Source: an uncultured Lachnospiraceae bacterium
GTDB lineage: Bacteria > Bacillota > Clostridia > Lachnospirales > Lachnospiraceae
NCBI GenBank assembly: GCA_947591245.1
Contig: CANQCY010000002.1
Location: 36,911-100,910, forward strand
Reading direction: 5' to 3'
DNA length: 64,000 nucleotides
A program made the translations under genes and the position numbers. Shown here in pieces: positions 1-9,671 of the stretch. Below the pieces are notes generated by a model. The model had not been told where the DNA came from and did no database searches. It was given only the letters and a program-made list of their open reading frames with translations. How positions within the stretch are numbered: position 1 is the first letter of the stretch; each line of letters opens with the position of its first letter.

Positions 1-326
1 ATCAAATGGATATAGTTCACATTGCTTTTCTCCAGATAATCCAGTTTTTTGGCTACCCCCGCCATATTGCCTGCAAAATTGTCAATATAAAACATCATAC
101 CGAGCATATCATTCTGTTGATACCAATCAGTATGCTTTTCCCGCTCTAAATCCCTTTTTTTCAGTTCCCCATTTCTCTCGTCATAAAAGCCATGGAGATT
201 GTCGCACAATTCCGCAAACATAGAGGAATTATCATACAGCTCCATATAAAGCCAGCGCAGCTCGTCGTGATGGCGCGCTAACCGTTTTTCATATATAGAT
301 TCTTGTTCCGTCATGTCCTGTTTCAA
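1..326 (-). CDS. Amylosucrase / GH13 sucrose-active glycoside hydrolase, N-terminal part (runs off the window edge)
   Basis: Not in the ORF track. TTG at 326 after AGGAGG; reads KRLARHHDELRWLYMELY...DWYQQNDMLGMMFYIDNFAGNMAGVAKKLDYL...YIHL, typical of the amylosucrase N-terminus; lies directly downstream of the sucrose PTS. Confidence 0.8.
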   Translation of the reverse strand, partial: MKQDMTEQESIYEKRLARHHDELRWLYMELYDNSSMFAELCDNLHGFYDERNGELKKRDLEREKHTDWYQQNDMLGMMFYIDNFAGNMAGVAKKLDYLEKSNVNYIHL

Positions 327-344
327 ATTCTGACCTCCTATTTG

Positions 345-2258
345 TCATTTCTCAACGGAGATTATTTTTTCCATCTGTTTAACCGCTCCCGTCTTTATCA
401 CATTGCAGGATTTATAATCATCGCTGTTTGCCAGCAGAACAGCCGTCGTCGTACTGTATCCCGCCTTTTTGATCTTTTGGATATCAAATTCCATCAGCTT
501 CTGTCCCGCTTTGACTTTTTCGCCTTCATGTGCGAATAGTTTGAAGCCATCCCCCTTCATCTTTACCGTATCGACTCCGACGTGGATCAGAACCTCCATT
601 CCGCCGGGACCGCTGATGCCAATTGCATGGCGCGTATCTGTCAAAGAGGAAATCTCCCCATTAAAAGGCGCTATGACCTCTCCTTTTTCCGGCTCAATGC
701 CTACGCCATCTCCCAGAATGCCTGAGGCAAACGTCTCATCCGGGATACTCTCCCTCGGAATTACCTTTCCCTGAACCGGAGCATAAAGCGCCAATTCCGC
801 ACTTGGGGACGCCTCTTTCCGCGCCGGCGTTTCTTCGGCCGTTGTTTTTTCTGCCGCTGCCCGCTGCGTCTGCGGCGCCTCCTCCTGATATCCGAATATC
901 CATGTAAGGAAAAATGAAACGCCGATCGATATCGCCATCATCAGCACATACTGAACCGGCGATTTTAAGCAGAGGAGGATTCCAAACAAGCCGGTCACGC
1001 CCGTTCCGCTGGCGCCGAGCTGCGTAATAGAGGCAAACAGCGCACCGCACGCACCGCCAACACAGCCGCAGATAAAAGGCTTAAAGAAACGCAGGTTGAC
1101 GCCGAAAATGGCGGGTTCCGTAATACCCATAAACGCGCTGAATGCAGAAGGCAGCGCCATCGACTTCGTTTTTGCATTCTTTGTCTTGACCGCCACGGCA
1201 AGCGTTGCCGCACCCTGGGCCAGATTGGCGGCGGACGCCAGAGGCAGCCAGTACGTCAATCCATATTTAGCAAGCTGTCCTACATCAATGATCGTGTACA
1301 TATGATGGATTCCGGCAACAACAGTCGGGGCATAGAAAGCTCCCATGATAAAGCTTCCGATGCCAAATGGGAGGGCGATCAGCCACTGAATACCATCAAT
1401 AATGCCATTTTCAACTAATACGAACACCGGACCAATGATCGAGTATGTCAAATACCCTGTTACAAATACACTGACCAGAGGCGTCACGAACAAGTCGAAC
1501 ATTTCCGGCACGATCTTATGTAGTTTCTTTTCAATGAAACACATAACCCAGACCGCAATAATAACCGGAATAACATGACCCTGGTAACCGATTAAATCAA
1601 TATGGTACAAACCAAACCACACGCTCTGTTTGATATGCACGCCCTCTGTCGCAACAGTCCACGCATTCTGCAAATCAGGATGGATCATCAGCATGCCGAT
1701 GACCGCGCCCAGATACGGATTGCCGCCAAACGCCTTTGCCGCACTGTACGCAATCAAAATCGGCAGAAATACGTACGCCACATTACTGAACAGGTTGGCA
1801 AACACAAACAGGGAACTGTTCGTATCCAGCGATACAAACCCATTATTTACCATAAAGTTCAGCGCTTCCATGATGCCCATCAAAAAACCGCTCGCTACGA
1901 TCGCGGGAATGATCGGCACGAAAATATCGCCGAGCGTCTTAATGGCGCGCCTGAAAATATTCTGCCGCGCCGCCGCAGCCTGCTTTACGTCTGCTTTTGT
2001 AGCCGCAGACAGTCCCGAAACCTGAAGGAATTCATCATAGACCTTATTTACCGTTCCTGTCCCGAGAATAATCTGGAGCTGGCCGGATGCAAAAAATACG
2101 CCCTTTACGCCGTCGATTTCCTCCACCGCCTTGCTGTCGCACTTGCTATTATCTGCAATCACCAGACGGAGGCGCGTTGCACAATGTGCTGCCGAAACCA
2201 GATTTTCTTTTTTTCCTACTTTTTCGTAAATTTCTTCAGCAACCTTTCTATAATCCAT
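345..2258 (-). CDS. scrA: PTS sucrose-specific EIIBCA transporter
   Basis: EIIB motif HCATRLR, EIIC motifs (GIHH, GITEPAIFG), EIIA motif LIHVGVDTV; next to a GH32 gene. Start moved to the ATG after AATGGAGG (track start 2270). Confidence 0.9.
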   Translation of the reverse strand: MDYRKVAEEIYEKVGKKENLVSAAHCATRLRLVIADNSKCDSKAVEEIDGVKGVFFASGQLQIILGTGTVNKVYDEFLQVSGLSAATKADVKQAAAARQNIFRRAIKTLGDIFVPIIPAIVASGFLMGIMEALNFMVNNGFVSLDTNSSLFVFANLFSNVAYVFLPILIAYSAAKAFGGNPYLGAVIGMLMIHPDLQNAWTVATEGVHIKQSVWFGLYHIDLIGYQGHVIPVIIAVWVMCFIEKKLHKIVPEMFDLFVTPLVSVFVTGYLTYSIIGPVFVLVENGIIDGIQWLIALPFGIGSFIMGAFYAPTVVAGIHHMYTIIDVGQLAKYGLTYWLPLASAANLAQGAATLAVAVKTKNAKTKSMALPSAFSAFMGITEPAIFGVNLRFFKPFICGCVGGACGALFASITQLGASGTGVTGLFGILLCLKSPVQYVLMMAISIGVSFFLTWIFGYQEEAPQTQRAAAEKTTAEETPARKEASPSAELALYAPVQGKVIPRESIPDETFASGILGDGVGIEPEKGEVIAPFNGEISSLTDTRHAIGISGPGGMEVLIHVGVDTVKMKGDGFKLFAHEGEKVKAGQKLMEFDIQKIKKAGYSTTTAVLLANSDDYKSCNVIKTGAVKQMEKIISVEK

Positions 2259-2316
2259 ATCGTCCTCCATTACTATGCCGCATGCGGCACATTTTTTTCA
2301 TAGCGTTATTCTTTTC

Positions 2317-3150
2317 TTAAAATAACACTTTCATACCGTCATAAGCCGCAATCATTCCATGCTCTTTTGCAAAGCTTTCCAGCTGCTCATGCGTCATTTC
2401 GCCATTATGGGAAAAATGGTTAATGACCCTGATCGTGTTTTTATCAATACATCCCCGTTCTTCTAATCTCCTTGCAAATTCAACATCATCCGGCAGCCCC
2501 ATATGATAGCCGCCAATCTGCTTCTTCCCCATCGTGGCGTCCAAAGAAATCAAATGATACCTGTGATCGAAGATGCATTCCCATGCCTCACCGCTTAAAT
2601 TTATTCCCGTATCATGCCCATACAGCAGGGACTTTCCATCCCTTTCGATTATATAGATGTAACAGACCTCCCGTTTATCATGATCTGCCGGCACCGGAAT
2701 AATATGATACCCATCCGCCATAAAATCAGCAAAAGGCTCCAGCCTGATAAATTTAACCGCCTCATCCAGAGGATGTACCTTGAACCTGTCAATCGAAACG
2801 GCGTCATAAAACGCCTTTTCTACCGCTTCGTTTCCATATACATTCAGCACTCCCTTTGCATTATGCCCGAAATGCTCATGCCGGTGTACCAGCTCGACCG
2901 GAAAGAAATGATCCATATGGGAATGGGAAACCAGCAAATGCCGAACCCGCCCCAGCTCTAACGAATAGTTAAGGGCATGCGCGTACGTATCCGGCGGAAA
3001 ATCAATCAGGATTTTCCCGTCCACAAGCGACTGCGTTCTGGTCCGAAGCTCTTTTCCTCCGACCTCCCGCGCTCTTCTGCATATTTCACAGTCACAAAAA
3101 AGAGCCGGCCATCCTTCTGCTGCCGCAGTACCTAAATATTGTATCTCCAT
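2317..3150 (-). CDS. Metallo-beta-lactamase-fold hydrolase, PhnP-like
   Basis: LGTAAAEG-P-x-x-x-CDCEIC zinc motif, HSHMDH, GHDTG and NHFSHN motifs. Confidence 0.8.
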   Translation of the reverse strand: MEIQYLGTAAAEGWPALFCDCEICRRAREVGGKELRTRTQSLVDGKILIDFPPDTYAHALNYSLELGRVRHLLVSHSHMDHFFPVELVHRHEHFGHNAKGVLNVYGNEAVEKAFYDAVSIDRFKVHPLDEAVKFIRLEPFADFMADGYHIIPVPADHDKREVCYIYIIERDGKSLLYGHDTGINLSGEAWECIFDHRYHLISLDATMGKKQIGGYHMGLPDDVEFARRLEERGCIDKNTIRVINHFSHNGEMTHEQLESFAKEHGMIAAYDGMKVLF

Positions 3151-3169
3151 AATTTCCCTCTTTCTTGCA

Positions 3170-4663
3170 TCAAACGCAAAGATCATATTTGATCACATTG
3201 ATACATGCGGTTCCATCTGTATCAAAAACAATTCCGTCCGCCTCCATCGGCGTATAGAAAACCGAAGACATCACTTTTTCCCCTTCATTTACAAACACCT
3301 CAACCGAATAGCGATCCAACAGCAGCCGCAATTTCAAAACTTCCCCCAGGCCGCCTGAAACAAGCGGCTGCGCCGTCATCTTTCTGCGGCAGACCACATC
3401 GCGTATCAGACCGGATTGCGTTCTGTCAATTGTCAGGCATTTTCTTATATAGTTATACTGTAAAAGCATTTCATATTCATCATTGTAGGCAAACTGTATT
3501 GAAAAATGATGGAAATGAAATTCCGTAATTTCGACCTGTAAATCAATAATCCTTCCGCTAACGCCATCCAGGACCGTCGTTTCCGTTATTTCTTTCCCTA
3601 TATATTCAACCTTGCTTTTGCGGTATTTCTCTAATTCTCCGACCGGGTTCTGATAAATCTGCCCGTTTTTTATGCTCAATTCCCTTGGAATCGTCATCAT
3701 CCCGGACCAATCCAGAAAATCATTCATGAATTTCGCGTCCCACGACTGCATCCATCCGACCATAATCCGCCTTCCGTCCGATGTCTGTAACGTCTGCGGC
3801 GCGTAAAAATCCAATCCATAGTCCGCGGATGTGATTTTCTCCCGTTCAAACTTATGCGTTGGCCTATCATAGCTTCCGTATAAAAATATGGCGTTATTGC
3901 CATTATGGAACTCATATCCCTTTGCTCTCATATTTTGCGGAGAAACCAATAAAATATACGCGTTTCCCAGAGAAAAGAAATCCGGACATTCCCACATCTT
4001 CCCATACTCTCCCCTGCTCTGATCCAAAACACTCAAAAACTCCCATTTTTTCAAATCATCCGAACGGTACAAAAGAACCTGGCCGTAGCCGTCCTCTGCG
4101 CGGCTGCCAACCACCAGATAATAACCGTCCTCTTCTTTCCAAACCTTAGGATCTCGAAAGTCCTCTTTACTGCTTCCTTCCGGAACATTCTCTCCTGTAA
4201 TGACAGGATTGCCGGCATATTTGCAATAGTCAATGCCATTCCCTTTTGCGATGCACTGCACCTGACGGTAATCATGGGCGCCATCCTCAAGATAGCGGTC
4301 TATAATCCCCGTATAAAACAGTACGTGTTCTCCTGCCGCTTCTATAGCGCTGCCGGAATAACATCCTCCCGCATCGTAACTCTCATCCGGCGCCATTGCC
4401 GCCGGCAGATATTCCCACTTGACAAAATCATTGCTTTTACAGTGTCCCCAATGCATCGGGCCCCATACATTACTAAACGGGTGATATTGGAAAAACAGAT
4501 GATACTCGCCCCGGTAGACAGAAAAACCGTTCGGATCATTCATCCAGCCAACCGGGGAGGACAGATGGTACGCCGGCCTGCTTTCCATGGAAATCTCGGA
4601 AATTGCCTTTTGTTCAATTGTTCGTACTTGCTCGAGCTGCGCGCTGTTTATGATTTTTTCCAT
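3170..4663 (-). CDS. scrB: Sucrose-6-phosphate hydrolase / beta-fructofuranosidase (GH32)
   Basis: WMNDPNG, FRDPKVW, MWECPD and DFYAPQT GH32 motifs. Confidence 0.92.
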   Translation of the reverse strand: MEKIINSAQLEQVRTIEQKAISEISMESRPAYHLSSPVGWMNDPNGFSVYRGEYHLFFQYHPFSNVWGPMHWGHCKSNDFVKWEYLPAAMAPDESYDAGGCYSGSAIEAAGEHVLFYTGIIDRYLEDGAHDYRQVQCIAKGNGIDYCKYAGNPVITGENVPEGSSKEDFRDPKVWKEEDGYYLVVGSRAEDGYGQVLLYRSDDLKKWEFLSVLDQSRGEYGKMWECPDFFSLGNAYILLVSPQNMRAKGYEFHNGNNAIFLYGSYDRPTHKFEREKITSADYGLDFYAPQTLQTSDGRRIMVGWMQSWDAKFMNDFLDWSGMMTIPRELSIKNGQIYQNPVGELEKYRKSKVEYIGKEITETTVLDGVSGRIIDLQVEITEFHFHHFSIQFAYNDEYEMLLQYNYIRKCLTIDRTQSGLIRDVVCRRKMTAQPLVSGGLGEVLKLRLLLDRYSVEVFVNEGEKVMSSVFYTPMEADGIVFDTDGTACINVIKYDLCV

Positions 4664-4698
4664 ATCCTTACGCTTCCCTTTTTTATAATTTTCTATAC

Positions 4699-4712
4699 GC
4701 AAAATATTTTGC
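4699..4712. promoter_or_regulatory. Perfect 14-bp palindrome upstream of scrB, candidate operator
   Basis: GCAAAATATTTTGC about 35 bp upstream of the scrB start. Confidence 0.4.
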
Positions 4713-4756
4713 TTTTAAAATGGATAAAAATACTAATTCTAAGTTTTGCCGTCCAT

Positions 4757-4799
4757 AAAAAAAAACGGCGCCAGAACGCAAGTTCTGACGCCGCTTTTT
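4757..4799. terminator. Intrinsic terminator, probably bidirectional, ending the rpe/small-ORF transcript
   Basis: A9-CGGCGCCAGAAC-GCAA-GTTCTGACGCCG-CTTTTT hairpin flanked by A and T tracts. Confidence 0.85.
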
Positions 4800-4806
4800 A
4801 CGCCTC

Positions 4807-5055
4807 TCATTTTTCTTTTATGCACTTGTTCACATGCTGGTTATTACACTCTTGTACCCGCCCTTCACTGCAGTCCACCAGGCCTTTCAGAAAGCAAAAA
4901 TGCTGTTCCTTCGGTTTTTCTTCTTTATTTTCTTTCTCCGTCTGCGTGTTCATTTTCTCCAACGGACATTCTTGCGTCCTCATGTTATTGCAATTCTGAA
5001 TCACGCCGGAATCGCACTCTACAAGTCCTTTCAAGAAACAAAATTTATTTTCCAT
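4807..5055 (-). CDS. Small 82-aa Cys-rich protein with two C-X7-C-X7-C-X7-C repeats, function unknown
   Basis: RBS AATGGAGGGG before ATG 5055; internal duplication FCFLKGLVECDSGVIQNCNNMRTQEC / FCFLKGLVDCSEGRVQECNNQHVNKC; terminator immediately after. Confidence 0.8.
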   Translation of the reverse strand: MENKFCFLKGLVECDSGVIQNCNNMRTQECPLEKMNTQTEKENKEEKPKEQHFCFLKGLVDCSEGRVQECNNQHVNKCIKEK

Positions 5056-5136
5056 TCCAATCCCCTCCATTCTTATAGCGAAAGAGCCTCCTGCCGGCAT
5101 TGATCCCCGGAACGCCTTCAGCTCTTATATCGCACG

Positions 5137-5790
5137 CTAATCCAAAATTTTTCTGAAATTTCTTACATTTTCCCCAATATCTCCCCGGAATACCTTCGTT
5201 CCCGCCACAATGACGTTCGCGCCGGCGTCCAACACTTCCTTTACTGTATCGAGGTTAATGCCTCCATCGACCTCAATATCGACGTCGTACCCGTTTTCAT
5301 CGATATATTTTCTGAGGCGTTTAATTTTCCCAAATGTATCCCGCCGGATCTTCTGTCCGCCATACCCCGGCTCCACCGTCATGACAAGCACCATGTATAC
5401 CTTCGGAAGAATCGGCAGAATACAGTCGATATCCGTTCCCGGCTTGATTGATACCGCCGCTTTTTTCCCCAGCTTCAGTATCTCGTCCAGCGTTCCTTCC
5501 AAATCCTCACACGCCTCCGCATGAACCGTGATTCCGTCTGCCCCCGCCTCCGCAAAACTGCGGACGTAACGTATTGGCTCCGTCACCATAAGATGCACGT
5601 CAAAAAACGTATCCACGCATTTCCGGATTCCAGCCACAACGGGTACGCCAAAAGAAATATTGCGCACAAACATTCCGTCCATAATATCAATATGTATATA
5701 ATCTGCTCCCGCTTCCGTTACTGCTGCCAGCTCGTCACCAAGCCTTGACACATCCGCCGCAAGTATCGACGGCGACAATTTGTTGCTCAT
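5137..5790 (-). CDS. rpe: Ribulose-phosphate 3-epimerase
   Basis: LSPSILAAD, HIDIMDG, DVHLM, MTVEPGYGGQ and VDGGIN motifs. Confidence 0.95.
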   Translation of the reverse strand: MSNKLSPSILAADVSRLGDELAAVTEAGADYIHIDIMDGMFVRNISFGVPVVAGIRKCVDTFFDVHLMVTEPIRYVRSFAEAGADGITVHAEACEDLEGTLDEILKLGKKAAVSIKPGTDIDCILPILPKVYMVLVMTVEPGYGGQKIRRDTFGKIKRLRKYIDENGYDVDIEVDGGINLDTVKEVLDAGANVIVAGTKVFRGDIGENVRNFRKILD

Positions 5791-5791
5791 T

Positions 5792-6709
5792 CTAATCTCC
5801 CTTTCGTTCATTGTACCTCTGTTTTTCCCATTCCTTTAATTCATCAAAAATCTGAACATAATTCTCATATCTGACCGCATTGATCTCCCCCGCCTCCAAC
5901 GCCTCCTTCACGCGGCAGCCCGGCTCATGCGTATGCGTGCATCCGGCAAAACGGCACTGTCCTTCATATGGGATAAACTCTGTGAAATATCGGCTTAATT
6001 CCTCTTTTTCCATATCCGGTACGCGCAAAGAGCTGAATCCCGGCGTATCAAACAAGTAGGTATTCTCGCCGACGCAAAAAAGCTCGGAATGTCTCGTCGT
6101 ATGCTTCCCGCGCCGGATTTTTTCACTTATTTCGCCCGTTCTCGAAGCCGCATCCGGGAAAATCTGATTCAATATGCTGGACTTGCCAACGCCTGACGGC
6201 CCTGCCAGCACGGTTGTCTTTCCTTTCAGCAGATCGCGGATTTCATCGATACCGATATTTTCCTTACTGCTGACGGACAGCACCCTGTTCGCGCATTTCC
6301 CATATATGCTTACTAGACGTTCTTCCTCTTCACTCGAAACGATGTCTGATTTATTAAAACAAATAATCGTGTCAATCTGTTGTTTTTCCATCATGACCAG
6401 AAATCTGTCCAGAAGATTGAGGTTCGGCACAGGGTCCGCCATCGCAAACAGAAGCGCTGCCTGATCTACGTTGGCAACCGCCGGACGCACGAGGCAATTT
6501 GTTCTCGGCAGAATATCCTGTACATTTCCTAGCCGTTTTTCCTCCGAAGTCACGCTGATCCGTACGTTATCGCCGACCAGGGGTTTTACTTTGTCCCAGC
6601 GGAATCCGCCTTTCGCTTTGCATTCATATAAAATGCCGCCCTCCGCCGTTTCACAATTCACATAGTAAAACCCGGCGATTCCTTTTACAATCTTCCCCTT
6701 TAAATCCAT
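5792..6709 (-). CDS. rsgA: Ribosome small subunit-dependent GTPase A
   Basis: NKSD, GPSGVGKSS, GKHTT, DTPGF and the CRFAGCTHTHEPGC zinc finger. Confidence 0.95.
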   Translation of the reverse strand: MDLKGKIVKGIAGFYYVNCETAEGGILYECKAKGGFRWDKVKPLVGDNVRISVTSEEKRLGNVQDILPRTNCLVRPAVANVDQAALLFAMADPVPNLNLLDRFLVMMEKQQIDTIICFNKSDIVSSEEEERLVSIYGKCANRVLSVSSKENIGIDEIRDLLKGKTTVLAGPSGVGKSSILNQIFPDAASRTGEISEKIRRGKHTTRHSELFCVGENTYLFDTPGFSSLRVPDMEKEELSRYFTEFIPYEGQCRFAGCTHTHEPGCRVKEALEAGEINAVRYENYVQIFDELKEWEKQRYNERKGD

Positions 6710-8772
6710 CAGTCGGCAACCCTCTTAAATCTAATCGGATAAGTTGCCGCCAGCGCCCCATCCCGGTACACATTGATCTCGCCCGCCGCCGCGCTCTTTC
6801 CTGTAACCTCAAGCGCATATGGAAAATCCGGATAGCTCATCGTCGCTCTTTTTACCGTCACATCATTTTCTCCCTCCTGCGACAGCACAAATTCAAATGA
6901 AGCTGCCGGATCCGTCTCATACTCAAACGGATTGGCGATCGTTACGGTTCCGACATAGCGGTACGTCTGTTCCTCACCGAGGCTAAGGGTAATATCAACG
7001 GATGTGCCTTTTTCCACTTCCTTGTCTGCGGCCACGCTCTGTACGCATACGCGGTTCTTCTGCGTGGTAGAATAATTTTGGGTCTCTTTTCCCAGTTCCA
7101 GCCCTTTCTGTTCCAGCGCCCTCCGCGCCTGGCTCCGGGTAAGTCCGAGCAAGTTCGGAACCGTCACCATTTCAGCGCCCTTACTTGGATAGATAATGAT
7201 TTCCGATCCTTTGTCGGCTTTTTTCCCCGCCGCCGGCTTTGTATAGGCAACCTTTCCAACCGGCTGATTGCTATATACTTCTTCTTCCTGTCTGACCGTA
7301 AAGCCTTTCTCCTGAATCATATTGACAGCGTCTGTAATATTTTTTCCGGTCGTATCGGGCACGCTGATCTGCTCCACTCCCGTACTTACAATCACCTCGA
7401 TCGCATCGCCGTCTTTCATCGCCGTTCCCGCCGGCGGGTTCGTACGGATTACAGAGCCCTTTTTCACCTTATCCGACGCCTCTTCTTTAAATGTGACTTC
7501 AAAATCATGATTTTTCAGTTCTATTGCTGCATCATCCTTTAATTGATCCGCATAATCCGGCAAAATAAACGTGTCGTCCGGCTCTTCCATGCTCGGCGCC
7601 GGCGTCTCCTGAACATCCGCCACCGCCCCATTGCTGCCATTCTGGTTTTCCGTTCCGTCGTTTGTCGGAATCCCCCACAAACCGATAAACCTGCCAAGCA
7701 TATAAATAACGACAAGGCCGATAATAATAGCCACTGCGATACTTCCGAACACCAGAGCTTTCTCAAGCTTCGGATCCACATCGGACTTGCCCTCTTCCTC
7801 CTCTTCCCTCTCCGCGCCCTTGTCTTCCAGCTCGTCAACCGGGGTAATGCCGCTCCTTGAAGCATGCTTCAAGGTATTCGCATCATCTTTATTGATAACG
7901 ATCGCCCCCCTATTGCCGTAAAGATTTCCTATCACCCCATAATCGCCGGTCGGATCCTGCAAAAACATTTTCAAATCCGCAATCAGGTCTGACGCGGACG
8001 AGTAGCGGAGTTCCGTTTTTTTCTGCATGCATTTATTTACAATATTGCTGAGGCCTTTCGGTATCGTGCCGTCCATCGCCGCCAGCGGTACCGCATCCTC
8101 CTGAATATGGGCGAGGGCGATTGCCACCGCGCTCTCCCCGTTAAACGGGAGGCTCCCGCAAAGCATCTCATACATCGTAACGCCAAGCGAATATATATCG
8201 CTTTTTTCATCGCTGTATCCTCCCCTCGCCTGCTCGGGAGAGATATAATGCACCGATCCCATCGCGTTTGCCGTAATCGTATTGGAACTTGCCGCCTTGG
8301 CTATTCCGAAATCCGTCACTTTCGCCGTCCCGTCTCTCGCAATCAATATATTCTGCGGCTTGACGTCGCGGTGAATAATATTATTGCGATGCGCGGCGTC
8401 GAGCCCGTTCGCAATCTGAAGGGAAATCCCCACCGCCTCTTTGACAGTAAGCTTTCCTTTTTCCTCGATATATTTCTTCAACGTGATACCGTCAATCAGT
8501 TCCATCACGATATAATACATTCCGTTCTCTTCGCCTACGTCATAAATGCTGACAATATTCGGATGGGACATGCTGGCTACCGCCTGCGCCTCCCCGCGAA
8601 ATTTCGTGACAAATTTGGTGTCCTCGCTATATTCCTGTTTTAATATCTTAATGGCAACAAAGCGGTTTAAACGATGGCATTTTGCACGAAACACATCTGC
8701 CATGCCGCCGCTGCCAACCTTTTCCAATATTTCATACCGGTCGCCAATAATAGTTCCTATATTTACCACCAC
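6709..8772 (-). CDS. pknB: Stk1/PrkC-family Ser/Thr kinase with TM helix and three PASTA repeats
   Basis: GSGGMADV, HRDVKPQN, DFGIA, SPEQARG; TM segment; PASTA repeats. Start is GTG 8772/8769 or ATG 8784. Confidence 0.95.
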   Translation of the reverse strand: MVVNIGTIIGDRYEILEKVGSGGMADVFRAKCHRLNRFVAIKILKQEYSEDTKFVTKFRGEAQAVASMSHPNIVSIYDVGEENGMYYIVMELIDGITLKKYIEEKGKLTVKEAVGISLQIANGLDAAHRNNIIHRDVKPQNILIARDGTAKVTDFGIAKAASSNTITANAMGSVHYISPEQARGGYSDEKSDIYSLGVTMYEMLCGSLPFNGESAVAIALAHIQEDAVPLAAMDGTIPKGLSNIVNKCMQKKTELRYSSASDLIADLKMFLQDPTGDYGVIGNLYGNRGAIVINKDDANTLKHASRSGITPVDELEDKGAEREEEEEGKSDVDPKLEKALVFGSIAVAIIIGLVVIYMLGRFIGLWGIPTNDGTENQNGSNGAVADVQETPAPSMEEPDDTFILPDYADQLKDDAAIELKNHDFEVTFKEEASDKVKKGSVIRTNPPAGTAMKDGDAIEVIVSTGVEQISVPDTTGKNITDAVNMIQEKGFTVRQEEEVYSNQPVGKVAYTKPAAGKKADKGSEIIIYPSKGAEMVTVPNLLGLTRSQARRALEQKGLELGKETQNYSTTQKNRVCVQSVAADKEVEKGTSVDITLSLGEEQTYRYVGTVTIANPFEYETDPAASFEFVLSQEGENDVTVKRATMSYPDFPYALEVTGKSAAAGEINVYRDGALAATYPIRFKRVAD

Positions 8773-8794
8773 AAATTCCTCCATTCTGTCAGCG

Positions 8795-9517
8795 TCATAT
8801 CCGAACTAAAACAACACTGATATTGTCCTTTCCACCGGCTTCATTTGCCGCCTCTATTAAAATCTCTCCCGCTGTCTTCATATCATCCCTATGATGTTTT
8901 ATTATCGTTTCGATCTGATCGTCTTCAAGCATATTGGACAAGCCGTCAGAACACAACAAAAGCACGTCCCCTTCATTCACTTCAATTTCAAAACAATCTG
9001 CTTTCACTGCACTGCTTGTGCCAAGGGCTCGTGTAATAATATTTTTATTCGGATGCGTACGCATCTCTTCTTTCTGAATCCGTCCGGACTGAACCATTTC
9101 TTCTACAAGCGAATGATCCACTGTCACCTGTTTCAGCTTATCTCTGCATGCGTACAGGCGGGAATCGCCTACATTGATAACATAAGCGGTATTCCCAAAC
9201 ACCGCTGCGGCGACAATCGTCGTTCCCATACCATACAACGCCACATTTTGCAGCGAAGCGTCGTATACGGTTTCATTGGCAACGGCTACTGCCTGTTCCA
9301 ATATCCCGATCGGCGTTACTTTCGTACTTTTTTCAATCTGCGAGACAACTTCCTCCACGCACATCCGTGAGGCGGTATCTCCTGCATTGTGACCGCCCAT
9401 TCCATCAGCCACAATAAACAGATTCGGGAAACTTCCAATAGGGTTTTCTTCGCAAAACACGTAATCCTGATTCGCCTCTCGCGTGCGTCCCGTATCCGTT
9501 TTCGAAAATGTTTGCAC
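8795..9517 (-). CDS. stp: Stp1/PrpC PP2C-type Ser/Thr phosphatase
   Basis: NQD, VADGMGGH, VGDSR, LCSDGL and GGKDNIS motifs; GTG start after AAGGAGG. Confidence 0.95.
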   Translation of the reverse strand: MQTFSKTDTGRTREANQDYVFCEENPIGSFPNLFIVADGMGGHNAGDTASRMCVEEVVSQIEKSTKVTPIGILEQAVAVANETVYDASLQNVALYGMGTTIVAAAVFGNTAYVINVGDSRLYACRDKLKQVTVDHSLVEEMVQSGRIQKEEMRTHPNKNIITRALGTSSAVKADCFEIEVNEGDVLLLCSDGLSNMLEDDQIETIIKHHRDDMKTAGEILIEAANEAGGKDNISVVLVRI

Positions 9518-9598
9518 AGTTTGACCTCCTTAGTTAGAGCGGCAATACTTATATTTTTTGACGTCAGGGCCAAAAAGCATTTTCCCCCGACTGGTATT

Positions 9599-9627
9599 AT
9601 TGTAACATAAAAACGGGAAAATAACAA
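9599..9627 (-). promoter_or_regulatory. Sigma-A promoter for stp-pknB-rsgA-rpe
   Basis: TTGTTA-17 bp-TACAAT with extended TG. Confidence 0.6.
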
Positions 9628-9671
9628 TATAAAACTCAAAAAAGGAAAAGCTCCCGCTTAATAAAGGGGAT

